Of a DNA stretch of 64,000 bases, positions 38,583 to 48,861 are shown in pieces (the first letter of the stretch is position 1; the number at the start of each line of letters is the position of its first letter). This stretch comes from an uncultured Thermodesulfobacteriota bacterium (GTDB taxonomy: Bacteria; Desulfobacterota; BSN033; WVXP01). Where the stretch lies: NCBI GenBank assembly GCA_964348095.1, contig CAYGBK010000129.1, positions 11,404 to 75,403 of the forward strand. Reading direction: 5' to 3'. A program made the position numbers and the translations under genes. Below the pieces are notes generated by a model that was not told where the DNA came from, made no database searches, and saw only the letters and a program-made list of their open reading frames with translations.

Positions 38583-40421
38583 TCAGGACTTACCTAGTTT
38601 TTTCATGAGATCGAGTACCTGTCTGTTCTTGGGATCGAACTTCAGGATCTTCCTGAAGACCCTCAGGGCTTTCTTCTTTTCCCCCATCTTGAAATAGCTG
38701 AGTCCGAGATTAAAGTATGCATCTTTCATATAGGGAGGTTTTAATTCGATAACGCTCTCGAATTCTTCCGCAGCGAGAAGATATGCTTTCTTTCTGTAAT
38801 AGAGATAACCAAGGTTGAAATGGGCATCCGGGAAATCAGGTTTCCTTTCAATTGCTTTCTGGTAGCTCAGGATGGCTTTCCGGTGTTTTTTCATGCCGGT
38901 CAGAAGCCGTGCCATCTCGAAATGGGCCTCGAAGTTCTCAGGGTCCATTTCAGAGGCTCTCCTGAAGTCCTCCAGTGCAGAATCTGGCGAGTGGTCTATC
39001 TTCTCCTTTCCCCTGGACAGGAAGGCTTTGGCAAAAGCCGGCTCGTATTGCTTGACAAACCGAGGATCGTCCGAGCGGACCTCGTCAAACATCGCGATGG
39101 CTCCCTCCAAGTCCCCCTGTGCGAGAAGAAGGGATGCCTCTTTGATCTTTGCCTCAAGCAGTGAATTCCTCTCATTGATCCCCATGAGGACGGGCGGATC
39201 CCCTGTGGATTTTGTCATCCTTCCGTGGAATCCCAACAGTATCGGGGAGAGATTGATCATCCCGTAGACGGCGAGGGAGAGTATTCCGACTCCGCCGGCC
39301 CGGATAAGGTTTTTCTTCATCCTGGGGAAGAATTGTCCAAGACTATCTTTGGTTGAGGACCCTAAACCTGGCGATGTCTTGATCTCTTCCCTTATTCGCT
39401 GTTTCTCATGGTGCCTAACCAGGGTTGACTCTTTCTGGATCTCCTCTTCTTCTTCTCGGATTTCTTGCTCGAAGTTTTCCTGAATGTAACTCCTCAAATC
39501 AGTTGGCCCGAGATACGCCTGCTGACGGTCAAGATAGCCTGTGATGTCATCATGCAATTCCTCTCCTGTCTGGTACCGTTTGTCAGGGTCTCGCTCGAGG
39601 GTTTTAGAGAGTATGGTGTCAACCCTGTCGGGAATCGAAGGGACCTGTTGAGAGGGACGATCGATTTCGCACGCCTTGACTTTTTCGATAATCTCGAACT
39701 CTGATGCCCCTTGGAACACCCTCTGGCCAGTGAGTAGCTCATACATGACGATACCCAATGAGAACAAATCCGAACGCTGATCGATAGGCGTTCCCAATAC
39801 CTGTTCCGGTGACATATAAGGGATCTTTCCCTTGAATACTCCGGATTTTGTCTCGGAACTTTGAAAGGTGGCCTTGGCGATACCGAAGTCGACGAGCTTT
39901 ACCTCTCCCTCATAGGAGACGAGTATATTCTGAGGACTGATGTCCCGATGGATTATGTTCAGCGTTTCGTTGCCTGTTCCTTTCTTCCGATGCGCGTAAT
40001 CGAGGCCCATACTAGCCCGACCAATGATGTAAAGAGCGAGATTCACCGGAACAATCTGTCCTTCGATCTTGGCCTGCATCGCCTTGAGGCTTTTTCCCCA
40101 TACATACTCCATCGCAAGGTAGTATGTCTCTTCAAATTTCCCAAAATCAAAGATCTGGACGATGTTTTCATGGGTCAGCTGTGCGGCGATCTTGGCCTCG
40201 TCTATGAACATGGAAACAAAATCCCCGTCGCTGGATAGATGTGGCAGAATTCTCTTGATGGCGAGGATTTTCTCGAATCCTTCCACCCCCACTCGTCGTC
40301 TGGCTCGGAAAAGCTCAGCCATTCCACCCAACGCTATTCTTCTGGTCAGGTAGTATTCTCCGTACACATGGACGGCTTGATCGTCTTGGCTTTTCTGGGC
40401 CATCAATCGAATCCTTCTCAC
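38583..40421 (-). CDS. Hanks-type Ser/Thr protein kinase with C-terminal TPR repeats
   Basis: Gly loop LGGMAELF, VAIK-like ILAIKRI, HRDISPQNILV and DFGIAK. TM segment, then a TPR array. Confidence 0.85.
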   Translation of the reverse strand: MRRIRLMAQKSQDDQAVHVYGEYYLTRRIALGGMAELFRARRRVGVEGFEKILAIKRILPHLSSDGDFVSMFIDEAKIAAQLTHENIVQIFDFGKFEETYYLAMEYVWGKSLKAMQAKIEGQIVPVNLALYIIGRASMGLDYAHRKKGTGNETLNIIHRDISPQNILVSYEGEVKLVDFGIAKATFQSSETKSGVFKGKIPYMSPEQVLGTPIDQRSDLFSLGIVMYELLTGQRVFQGASEFEIIEKVKACEIDRPSQQVPSIPDRVDTILSKTLERDPDKRYQTGEELHDDITGYLDRQQAYLGPTDLRSYIQENFEQEIREEEEEIQKESTLVRHHEKQRIREEIKTSPGLGSSTKDSLGQFFPRMKKNLIRAGGVGILSLAVYGMINLSPILLGFHGRMTKSTGDPPVLMGINERNSLLEAKIKEASLLLAQGDLEGAIAMFDEVRSDDPRFVKQYEPAFAKAFLSRGKEKIDHSPDSALEDFRRASEMDPENFEAHFEMARLLTGMKKHRKAILSYQKAIERKPDFPDAHFNLGYLYYRKKAYLLAAEEFESVIELKPPYMKDAYFNLGLSYFKMGEKKKALRVFRKILKFDPKNRQVLDLMKKLGKS

Positions 40422-40585
40422 TGGAAACTGGTTCCCATATCCACATTAGACGGGATTTGGAGTAACCAAAGGCCGAGATAATGATGGGCTAGCCAGAATT
40501 GTCACGCGACCGCGAGACCCATGTCTCATAAAATGAGAGGGATCTAAATGCGATCGAGACTGAAAGTCCTGTTTGTGCGTGTTGT

Positions 40586-41305
40586 TTACTTGGGCCCCAC
40601 GGGCTCCAGATCTATAGCCTTCTGTGCCTTCCGTTTCACTTTCCGGAGCTTTTTCGGTGGTCTCTTCTCCTGTAACACCTGCTCCATGTCGGATATTAAA
40701 GCCGGGATAATCTCCTCGAGAGAATTGCCAATCTGCTCGACCATGGCGCGTCGCCTGGATTTGCCTATCGACTTGACCTTGACACGGGTTCGAGAGTGAT
40801 AGTCTTTGGTGAACAGGATCTTCCGCGGCTTCTGTTGATGAAGCTTCGCTGAAAAAGCGACATCTCCATATATCAAACGACCCAGGAGACCCACTCTCTC
40901 CGTCCGTCCATGAAAGGATCTCAGTTTCAATTCGAGAACCAGCCCACTTCGCAGGTCTTTCCTGACCACCTTCCGAAACAAAAAGGATACAGCCAATTCC
41001 CGCATCAGGAGCCGTTCGAGCATTTGGGGAACCGGCTCCATCCACAGGGCATCGGTTGTCACCAATGTGGGCTTGCCCGTAGGCTCCTCTTCGACCTGCG
41101 GACCACGGTCGTCGAGGACGTTGATCTGAAGGAGATCTTTATGCTGCCTCTTTGCCTGATACTCCGAATAGGTATAGAGACGGTAGTCGTTCACCATGTT
41201 ATATGTGCTATCCGCCCTGACCGTCGAGGAAACGGTGAGGCCCATTACCGCGAATGCGATGAGGAGTGCGCCGACAGGTCGATATCGTTCAGTCATCATT
41301 TTCAT
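40586..41305 (-). CDS. secreted/lipoprotein-like hypothetical protein
   Basis: Start MKMMTERYRPVGALLIAFAVMGLTVSSTVRA is a signal peptide. No domain recognised. Confidence 0.5.
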   Translation of the reverse strand: MKMMTERYRPVGALLIAFAVMGLTVSSTVRADSTYNMVNDYRLYTYSEYQAKRQHKDLLQINVLDDRGPQVEEEPTGKPTLVTTDALWMEPVPQMLERLLMRELAVSFLFRKVVRKDLRSGLVLELKLRSFHGRTERVGLLGRLIYGDVAFSAKLHQQKPRKILFTKDYHSRTRVKVKSIGKSRRRAMVEQIGNSLEEIIPALISDMEQVLQEKRPPKKLRKVKRKAQKAIDLEPVGPK

Positions 41306-41862
41306 AATCGGCAAAAATAGATATAAATTAAGCCCCAAGAACCCGGACTGACCTGGTCTCGTTGGGTTTTTTGAGTCCCCGTGCGGGCGAACGGGTCTAC
41401 CCAGAGGGAGGTGGAGGTCCTTTGAACGAAAAACGAACGATCAGGTCAATCCCCTAGCTCGTCTCCTAAGTCTGACCCTGAGTCGTTTCAGGAATTCTTC
41501 CACTCGATCCTCTTTTTGTGAAAGCCGTTTATGGGATCGCTTAAGTTGACTCCGCTGTTCTCGATCCATTGTGTGTGTCCCCTGGTCTTTGAGTGAGATG
41601 TGAAAAGGTCCGTGAATTCTCAGAACGAGGTAGAGTTATGCATCTTTCATACCAACTGGGATTGGCCGATTTGCGGGGTCATCGTCTCACCACATAGGGA
41701 GAGGCAACCCCGCTCTGGAATTGCAGGAGTTCTTAGAACCACAATCTCTGGACAGAATGTGACCCTCATGGGAGGGAGCACCTGTCGCCGCGCGGTAGAT
41801 CTAGCCTTGGCCCAATAATTGCTGAAGTCTTTTTAGCTTTTTGGTGTAAGGAGACTGCCACC

Positions 41863-42881
41863 GTGAAACCCGCAGGAGACAGAAGAAAAGCTTTTGTAGA
41901 GAGAATGGGAACTGTCACCATCAATATGGAAGAGTACCAACAGGCCGGGATCGACATGTCCGTGTTGAAGCTCGTGATCAGTAAGATTGAAGACCTCCCA
42001 CCCCTACCCCTTATCGTTCAAAAGGTTCTCACTCTCACACAAACTGAAAATGCAAATACCGACGAGTTGACAAAAGTCATTTCGAATAATCAGGCTTTGA
42101 CAGCAAAGCTTCTGCGAGTCGTTAATTAACCTTTTTATCATGTCTCGTCCGTGGTAGATTCCATTCCCCATGCCGTCATTCTCCTGGGATTCCGAGGTGT
42201 AAGGGATCTTGCCCTGGGACTTTCGACGATCGAGACGTTCAAGGAGTCGGAGAAAAACAAGTTTCTGCCGAGGCAGAAGTTCTGGGAACACTCAATTGGT
42301 TGTGCGCTCTGTTGCAAGGCCGTGACCGATAGAATTCGCTACAAGAATCCAGAAGAAGCATTTGTCGGCGGGCTACTTCATGACATTGGCAGGATGGTAT
42401 TTACCCAATTCTTTGCAGGATCATTCAGCGATGCTGTGAAGGAGTCTCATATGGGGAGACGGCCCCTCGTGGATGTGGAGAAGGAGGAGGTGGGAATCCT
42501 CATACTGCGGTCGGAAAACTGCTCCTCCAAAAATGGAATCTTCCACCAATCCTCGCAGATGCCGTGGACCGCCATCACAAACCGCTGAATGATGGAGCGG
42601 GCCAATCGAAGATCAGCATACCCTTTATCATAATGGCTGCGGACACCCTGACAAAAATCGCCGGTATCGGTTTTGGAGGTGACAGGTACATTCATGCGAT
42701 AGACCAGAACATCTGAGAAAACATCCCTATCCAGGAAGAAGAATATTTAAAGATCATTTCAAATCTGTCGGAGGAAGTTGAAGAGACCAAAGGGTTTTTC
42801 GGAATAAAAGATGACCAGCCGTCATCTCGACAGCCGGGGTTTCAGCAGAAAGAGGGGCCTCCGCCGAGGCTCGCCTTCTAA
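41863..42881 (+). pseudogene. HDOD-domain protein gene disrupted by an in-frame TAA, a 1-nt frameshift and an in-frame TGA
   Basis: HDOD motifs continue across the TAA at 42127 (...LTAKLLRVVN*PFYHVSSVVDSIPHAVILLGF...). At about 42497 the frame changes (EKEEVGI -> frame -1: GNPHTAVGKLLLQKWNLPPILADAVDRHHKP...GIGFGGDRYIHAIDQNI). A TGA at 42714 is followed in-frame by ENIPIQEEEYLKIISNLSEEVEETKGFF, which has the character of an HDOD C-terminus. Confidence 0.7.
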
Positions 42882-42917
42882 ACAAACACCGAACTGGATT
42901 CCTTCATTCCAGAAAGA

Positions 42918-43226
42918 ATGGCCCTGAGACAGTTCTTCGAAGTTCAATCCTTCCAAAGGAACGGAGATTCAGAGGGGACTATCGAAAGCCTTAAGCCCGA
43001 CATGCTGTTCATCGATCTGTCCTCTGAACAAAGGAACGAAGCAATATCTGAAACCCTGAAGGCTTATCGTCGTGTCACTGCCAGCCCGATCATCCTTCAA
43101 CTCTCTAGAAACGTCTCAGAGGAGACACAGAAAAAATCGGCCAGGATTGGCATATTCTTCCTATCAACACCTTTTTGTCCTGAGCAATTGGCCGTCTGCC
43201 TGGGCAAGGCAAATGCCACCGGGTAA
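42918..43226 (+). CDS. hypothetical protein with a degenerate receiver-like C-terminal half (possibly a remnant)
   Basis: PDMLFIDL / PIILQLS / IGIFFLSTPF resemble REC beta3-beta5, but the phospho-acceptor pocket is absent. Confidence 0.25.
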   Translation: MALRQFFEVQSFQRNGDSEGTIESLKPDMLFIDLSSEQRNEAISETLKAYRRVTASPIILQLSRNVSEETQKKSARIGIFFLSTPFCPEQLAVCLGKANATG

Positions 43227-43846
43227 GGTGGGGCTTCTGCGCGCCGTCACTGTCTTTATCTTTTCTATCTCCATAGCTTGCAGAGCGATACAAAAACTCA
43301 TCCCTACCAATTTGACCCGTCCTACGGTGAGTCGACGCCCCGAGAAGAAAGCCAGCCTATTTGTTTTCTTTGAGCCAAGGCGGGAGGGATCAAGAACAAC
43401 GGAGTTTCAGAGCCTCAGCGCAGCTGTCCCCCCAACCAGAGCGGATCCCTGTAAGGGTCGGCTTTTCCCCACAAGTTCAGGAAGAAACGGCTCCCCTGGT
43501 TTCCCCCGATTCCTCCGCTTCTAAATCTCCTGATCTCTCTCCAATCGATCCTGCAAACGATCATCGGCCCCTTGTTCAGGGTCTTACGGGCCCACCGGAA
43601 GTCTTCGGCTCTTGCTAATCGTCATTGAGCCCGTCTATTATAGGCCGAGGGGTTCGCGAGACCAATCTTGGGGACCGGGGACCCTAGAAAGCACAAGAGG
43701 ATAAAGCTCAGAAAGAGATAGCATATCTCATTGATGGGGGATATAATCGGAGACTGCCTTGGTTCTGGCAAGAGTGAGCATCTGGATGGAGTTAGGCGCT
43801 TCGAAAAAGAGATCCGTTCAGGACCTAGAGATCGAACTGAGCTGAT

Positions 43847-45067
43847 ATGTCCACGGGCACAGATTCATCCCAAATCCAACGAAAAAGATACGATGTGATC
43901 ATAGTCGGTGCTGGTCCGGCGGGCTGCAGTGCGGCGACGTTCCTGAAAAGAAACGGGTACACCGTCCTCGTTGTCGATCGGGAAAGGTTCCCCCGGGATA
44001 AGGCCTGTGGCGATGGCCTCAGTCCACCTGCAATCGATATTCTCGAGCGGATGGGTGTGACCGAAAAAATTGAGAGGTTGAACCCGTGGAGAATAGATGG
44101 GGTGGAGTTTATATCACCAGCCGGGAAAAAGCTGCGAACAGAATTTCGATGTGTAGAGGGGATCAGGGATCATTCGTACGTCCTTCCGAGAAGAGATCTC
44201 GATTTTGTTCTTTTTCAACATCTCCGAGAGAATTCAAACGCAGATGTCGTGGAAAGGTGCAACGTTATGGACCTCACTTATGAGGGTGATGATGTTTCGG
44301 GAATCAGAGTTGACACCGAGGACGGCCCGCAGAAATTCATCGGAAAGGTCATTGTTGGAGCGGACGGTGTACATTCCGTCATAGCTCGAAGATTTTTTTC
44401 CTTGAATAGGGATCCCAGGCACATGGTCCTTGCAGTGAGGGCCTACTTCGAAAAGGTTGACGGATTGGATCGTTTTATCGAGATTCACTGTGAGAAGGCT
44501 ATCTTGCCCGGTTATGGATGGGTTTTCCCCACGGGGAAAGATTCGGCAAACGTTGGCGTGGGAACGTCTTGCCGCGTCGCTCTCGGAAAAAAGGATGTCA
44601 TGAGAATGTTTGACACTTTTCTTAAACGAAACAGACTCATGAAAGAGAGATTCAATAGAACCCGGATGAGAGAGAATTCATTTCGGGCCTGGCTAATTCC
44701 GTTGGGCTCCCGTCGGTTTCAACGAAGCCGTGAAAATGTTCTTCTCATTGGTGATGCTGGAAGTTTCGCTGATACCCTGTCCGGTGAAGGCATATATCAT
44801 GCTCTGAGAAGCGGCGAATATGCGGCCGAGGCCATCGACATTGGATTAGGGACCAACCCGAAGACTATAGGTGAAACCTTTGAAAACCTGTGGAAAAGAG
44901 AGTTCAAGGCAAAGGAATATGCGCTCGGCCACCTTATTCAAAGATTTGTCTTCAGTGAGCATTTTCTGAACTTCAACATCAAAAGGGCGATCAAAAACCG
45001 CAAAATGGCTGAAAGGCTGGTTGAAATCCTCTGTTACAAGAAATCGAAACTCCGACTGTTATTTTAA
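43847..45067 (+). CDS. geranylgeranyl reductase-family FAD-dependent oxidoreductase
   Basis: YDVIIVGAGPAGCSAA and the KACGDGLS signature typical of GGR/ChlP/BchP-like reductases. Confidence 0.8.
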   Translation: MSTGTDSSQIQRKRYDVIIVGAGPAGCSAATFLKRNGYTVLVVDRERFPRDKACGDGLSPPAIDILERMGVTEKIERLNPWRIDGVEFISPAGKKLRTEFRCVEGIRDHSYVLPRRDLDFVLFQHLRENSNADVVERCNVMDLTYEGDDVSGIRVDTEDGPQKFIGKVIVGADGVHSVIARRFFSLNRDPRHMVLAVRAYFEKVDGLDRFIEIHCEKAILPGYGWVFPTGKDSANVGVGTSCRVALGKKDVMRMFDTFLKRNRLMKERFNRTRMRENSFRAWLIPLGSRRFQRSRENVLLIGDAGSFADTLSGEGIYHALRSGEYAAEAIDIGLGTNPKTIGETFENLWKREFKAKEYALGHLIQRFVFSEHFLNFNIKRAIKNRKMAERLVEILCYKKSKLRLLF

Positions 45068-45172
45068 TTCCGTCTCGACGGTTCACCCATGAGAATTGTG
45101 TTTCATCCGTTAGATCGCCATGCCTAACTTTGTCCCTTTCGCCGTATCTGACCGCTGTTTTTGTCTATGATT

Positions 45173-46117
45173 CTAAAACACGCCCCATCCGCCACGGGCG
45201 GTGGTGCGCAAGAGTATGTGTGCATAATGGCTAATCAAAGCAGTGTTGTTGTACCAGCAGGTACAGCTATCAGTGGAAATTCGTCTCCGCACCTGATCAA
45301 AGAAATCTGAACGCCAGATCGTCTCAAAGTCTTGCTTTCGCAACGAGCCCACACACACGCGCTGTTCAAGACAGGGGAACACATTGCCCCATGGATCAAA
45401 ACGCGCCATGAGTATCCCCGCGTAGCACCGGTGCTTGGGGAATCCCCTACGCTGTCTAAGGCTCTCCAGTAGGTTTCGCATGTAGCCGTCTCGCCGGAAG
45501 GGCGTGCCATCCAATTGTTGGGCAAGCCGGTACGGGTTGATGTCAAAGGTTTCCCAGGTGCTTCCCGTATAAAAGGAATCACTGCAATAATGGACTGGTT
45601 GCAACAATACATCGTCCACGATGTCTATCCATTTCCGGAAGTAAGGCTCTATTTCATCCATATTGCTGTTAGAAAAGGTCATCCTGACACGGACAAGAGG
45701 TCGATGACTCTGGGGGCGGGCAACAAGAGACTGAATACCGCTTTCTATCTGCTGGCAAGATCCGGGCGTACCCCTGATCGATTCGTGAGCCCCAGGAGTC
45801 GCGCCATCAAGGCTCACAGTGACACATGATAGTCCGGACCCACACACCCGATCCACATTCGGCTCAAGGAGGATGCCGTTTGTACAGAGATTAAGGGACA
45901 TACCGTACCTGGCAAAACTTCGGATGATGCAGAAAATGTCCTCCCGCAGGAGGGGTTCCCCACCAGCGATGCTGATTTGGTGCACCCCAAGTCGCCGAAA
46001 AACCTCAGCCAGTTTCCCATATTCAGCGAGGGTGAATTCCCCTGACCGCATGTCTTGCCACCGCTGGCACATCTGACACTGACAGTTGCAGCGATAGGTT
46101 ACGTCGAGCTCAGCCAT
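45173..46117 (-). CDS. radical SAM protein with a C-terminal SPASM/twitch Cys-rich domain
   Basis: CNCQCQMC (CxxxCxxC) 12 aa after the proposed start MAELDVTY. C-terminal Cys cluster CYAGILMARFDPWGNVFPC...CVGS...CTCWYN. The ORF could alternatively start at 46267. Confidence 0.75.
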   Translation of the reverse strand: MAELDVTYRCNCQCQMCQRWQDMRSGEFTLAEYGKLAEVFRRLGVHQISIAGGEPLLREDIFCIIRSFARYGMSLNLCTNGILLEPNVDRVCGSGLSCVTVSLDGATPGAHESIRGTPGSCQQIESGIQSLVARPQSHRPLVRVRMTFSNSNMDEIEPYFRKWIDIVDDVLLQPVHYCSDSFYTGSTWETFDINPYRLAQQLDGTPFRRDGYMRNLLESLRQRRGFPKHRCYAGILMARFDPWGNVFPCLEQRVCVGSLRKQDFETIWRSDFFDQVRRRISTDSCTCWYNNTALISHYAHILLRTTARGGWGVF

Positions 46118-46341
46118 GTAGGGCCCCCATGGCGGTTGTCTTCCGCGGTCTACGGCGATGATATTTTGCCTCGAACGGAACAGGGAAGCAACAAAGGATC
46201 TTGACAGTAGAAGACGACGATAACGCCCAAGATTGTTGAATCGCATAGGAACCTGTCCTTCATCCACCTAGTGAGGAGAACCTTGAATGAGGTCTCATCC
46301 CTCGCATGGACGCATTCATTACGGAATTCTTAAGGAGTTCA

Positions 46342-48861
46342 TCAGCCATGACGCCTTGAGATCCTCAGGGTATTTCCTATGACTGTAAGGCTACTCGCAA
46401 ACATGGCAATGACAGCGACCAGAGGGCTCAGGGTACCGGCCGCTGCCATGGGAATGGCAAGGGCATTATAGAAGCAGGCGAAGAAAAGATTTTGCCGGAT
46501 AATTCGCATGGTGGACGCTGAAAGGGTGAAGACATCCAGCACTCTCGTTGGATCGTCCGTCACGATATTGACATCCGAAGCATCCTGGGCGATGTTCGAG
46601 CGCCTTCCCAGGGCAAAACCAACATCTGACTGGGCGAGGGCCGCTGCATCGTTCACACCATCTCCTACCATACCGACACGAAATCCCTTGTTTTGAAGAT
46701 TCTTGATGACGCCACCCTTGTCTATAGGCAGAGCCTGGCCGAAAAACTTGTCCACACGCAACCGTTCTGCGACGGCCTGGGTCGTCTCCTCCCCATCGCC
46801 CGAGACCAGGCAGGTCAGAATCCCTTTTGACTTCAGAGTCAGAACGAGATTCTGGGCATTTTCTTTGAGGGCATCTCCAAAAGTGAGAAAGCCCTGGACG
46901 AGCTTGTGCCAGCCGAAGAAGACCACGGTCGCTCCCCCACGTTCTCGCCCCCGGGCATTCTCTTCAACGGATTGTGGGAGTGTCATTTCCCGCTCACCCA
47001 TGAACTGTCTATTACCGACGAGGATCTCCGTTCCCCTAACGACACCTCTCACGCCGCGTCCTTCGACCGCTTCAAAGGAGGTGACCCGTTCCATCTCCAG
47101 AGAGGCCTCCAGAGCAGTTCGCACAGTTGTTCTTGCCAGGAGGTGGTCAGAATGGACTTCAAGAGAAGCGACGCGGCCCAGCGCCAGTTTCTCGTTGATC
47201 CCTGGTGAGAATATCTCTCGGAGCTGAAAACTCCCCTCGGTCATCGTTCCTGTTTTGTCAAAAACGACGGCATTGAGATCCCTTGCCCGTTCAAGGGCGA
47301 CGGGATCCCGAATGAGGATCCCCCGTGCCCGGCTCGCCGTCATAGAAGCTACCTTGGCCAGTGGGGTTGCAATCCCTAAAGCACAGGGGCACGCTATAAC
47401 GAGGACAGTCACTGCACGCAGCAGGGCTACTTCGACGGGGACGTTATGAAACAACAGATAGAGAGCAGTTCCCCCTGCTAGTGCGAGGATGGCCGGAACA
47501 AACCACGCTGTGATTCGATCGGCGAAAAGCTCGACAGGTTCCTTTTTTGTGAGAGCCTCTTCCATCAATTCGATCATCTGGCCAAGAGAGCTCTCACGAC
47601 CTATACGGGTTGCCCTGAGCCTTAGCTTCCCGTCCAAGACAAGAGTCCCGCCCAGAACATCATCGCCGGACTCCCTCTTTGCCGGCTTCGATTCGCCTGT
47701 GAGAATTGATTCATCCACCTCAGCGCGCCCCGAGACGATCTGTCCATCAATGGGAATCCTTTCGCCCTCCATAACCAGGAATTCGTCACCTTCTTTCACG
47801 GCCTCAGGAGACACCCATGTCTCCTTGTTCGAGCCCCAGAGGCGAGCTTTCTGATTAGTCAACCGATAGAGCTCTATAAATCCCTCGGATGCCTTTTCCT
47901 TTGCCCGGGTTTCAATATATCGACCCAAAAGAACCAAAGTGACAAGCATGGAGGCAGTATCGAAGTATATGTGAATACTCCCCCTGGCCATCTGAATGAT
48001 GCTGTATACATAGGCTGACAGGGCACCAATAGATATAAGCGTATCCATTGAGACATTCCAGAACCGCAATCCGCACCACGCCCTCTTAAGGATGGGAAAA
48101 CCTCCATAGAAAATGACTGGGGTAGCGAGCGCGAAGAGGGGAAGAGAGAAGTATAGAATTGCAATCGAGGAGAGTGCCTGAAAAAAACCGGCGTACAGGG
48201 CGAGAGAAATCATCATAATGTTCGCAGTCAGAAACGCGGAAATACCCAACCGGATCAGCAAATCCCGTCTCTCCCCCGAAGCGCCAGTTCGATCGTCGAG
48301 AGGGGCTGCGCGATATCCCAGACTCGCTATCTTCGCCATAATTTCTTGAGGAGTCAGGAATTGGGGAAGATACTTAAGTTGGACCGCGTCGGAATGGAAG
48401 AACACGGTGGCGTCGATGATACCCTCTGTTCTCCGTAGCACCTCCTCAACCAGCCAGGAACAGGATATACACCACATCCCCTCGACCCTCAAGGTCAGCT
48501 CCTGGGAATGGTCCTCTCTGAAAGGTTGAGACAGAAGGGCCGCCTGACTATGTCGGGTCTCTTGAATTTCTTCCGGCCCTTGGTTCGCTCCATTTTGAGG
48601 GATAATGCCAGACGAAACGCAGGCTCGATACAAATCCGTCTCCTTGAAGTCCGTCGATGAATCACCAAATCTATTGGCGAGGATTTGAAATACGTGGTGG
48701 CAGCCCGGGCAGCAAAAGTGGCGTGCTTTCCCGTCGACGACGTATCGGGTTTGAGAACCTCTGACGGGGAGCCCGCAGAGATCGCATCGATTGTGTGGTC
48801 TCTTGACTTTGATCGTGTGGCCCTTCGGTCGGCCCTGCACATTCGACAAGGACTCAGACAA
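46342..48861 (-). CDS. ccoI: Cu(+)-translocating P1B-type ATPase (CcoI/FixI-like)
   Basis: N-terminal CDLCGLP...HFCCPGCHHVF. HMA domain GMWCISC. CPC motif (IACPCALGIATP), DKTGTMT and GDGVNDAAAL. Confidence 0.85.
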   Translation of the reverse strand: MSESLSNVQGRPKGHTIKVKRPHNRCDLCGLPVRGSQTRYVVDGKARHFCCPGCHHVFQILANRFGDSSTDFKETDLYRACVSSGIIPQNGANQGPEEIQETRHSQAALLSQPFREDHSQELTLRVEGMWCISCSWLVEEVLRRTEGIIDATVFFHSDAVQLKYLPQFLTPQEIMAKIASLGYRAAPLDDRTGASGERRDLLIRLGISAFLTANIMMISLALYAGFFQALSSIAILYFSLPLFALATPVIFYGGFPILKRAWCGLRFWNVSMDTLISIGALSAYVYSIIQMARGSIHIYFDTASMLVTLVLLGRYIETRAKEKASEGFIELYRLTNQKARLWGSNKETWVSPEAVKEGDEFLVMEGERIPIDGQIVSGRAEVDESILTGESKPAKRESGDDVLGGTLVLDGKLRLRATRIGRESSLGQMIELMEEALTKKEPVELFADRITAWFVPAILALAGGTALYLLFHNVPVEVALLRAVTVLVIACPCALGIATPLAKVASMTASRARGILIRDPVALERARDLNAVVFDKTGTMTEGSFQLREIFSPGINEKLALGRVASLEVHSDHLLARTTVRTALEASLEMERVTSFEAVEGRGVRGVVRGTEILVGNRQFMGEREMTLPQSVEENARGRERGGATVVFFGWHKLVQGFLTFGDALKENAQNLVLTLKSKGILTCLVSGDGEETTQAVAERLRVDKFFGQALPIDKGGVIKNLQNKGFRVGMVGDGVNDAAALAQSDVGFALGRRSNIAQDASDVNIVTDDPTRVLDVFTLSASTMRIIRQNLFFACFYNALAIPMAAAGTLSPLVAVIAMFASSLTVIGNTLRISRRHG

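Noticed and set aside
40446-41045. 199-aa ORF overlapping the secreted-protein gene in another frame
   Set aside because: Same-strand alternative frame with Gly/Arg/Ser-rich junk-like composition. The signal-peptide-bearing frame is preferred.
41640-41800. Possible c-di-GMP (GEMM) riboswitch in the leader of the HDOD gene
   Set aside because: The context is appealing but the region lacks the conserved GGCAAACC and GGGACGCAAAGCC cores. Only GGCAACCCC is present.
43847-46267. GGR-family reductase plus radical SAM as an archaeal-type (tetra)ether lipid tailoring pair
   Set aside because: The genes are convergent, not co-transcribed. The radical SAM protein (about 315 aa, SPASM-type) is much smaller than known Tes/Grs lipid radical-SAM enzymes, and it is co-oriented with the cco operon instead.
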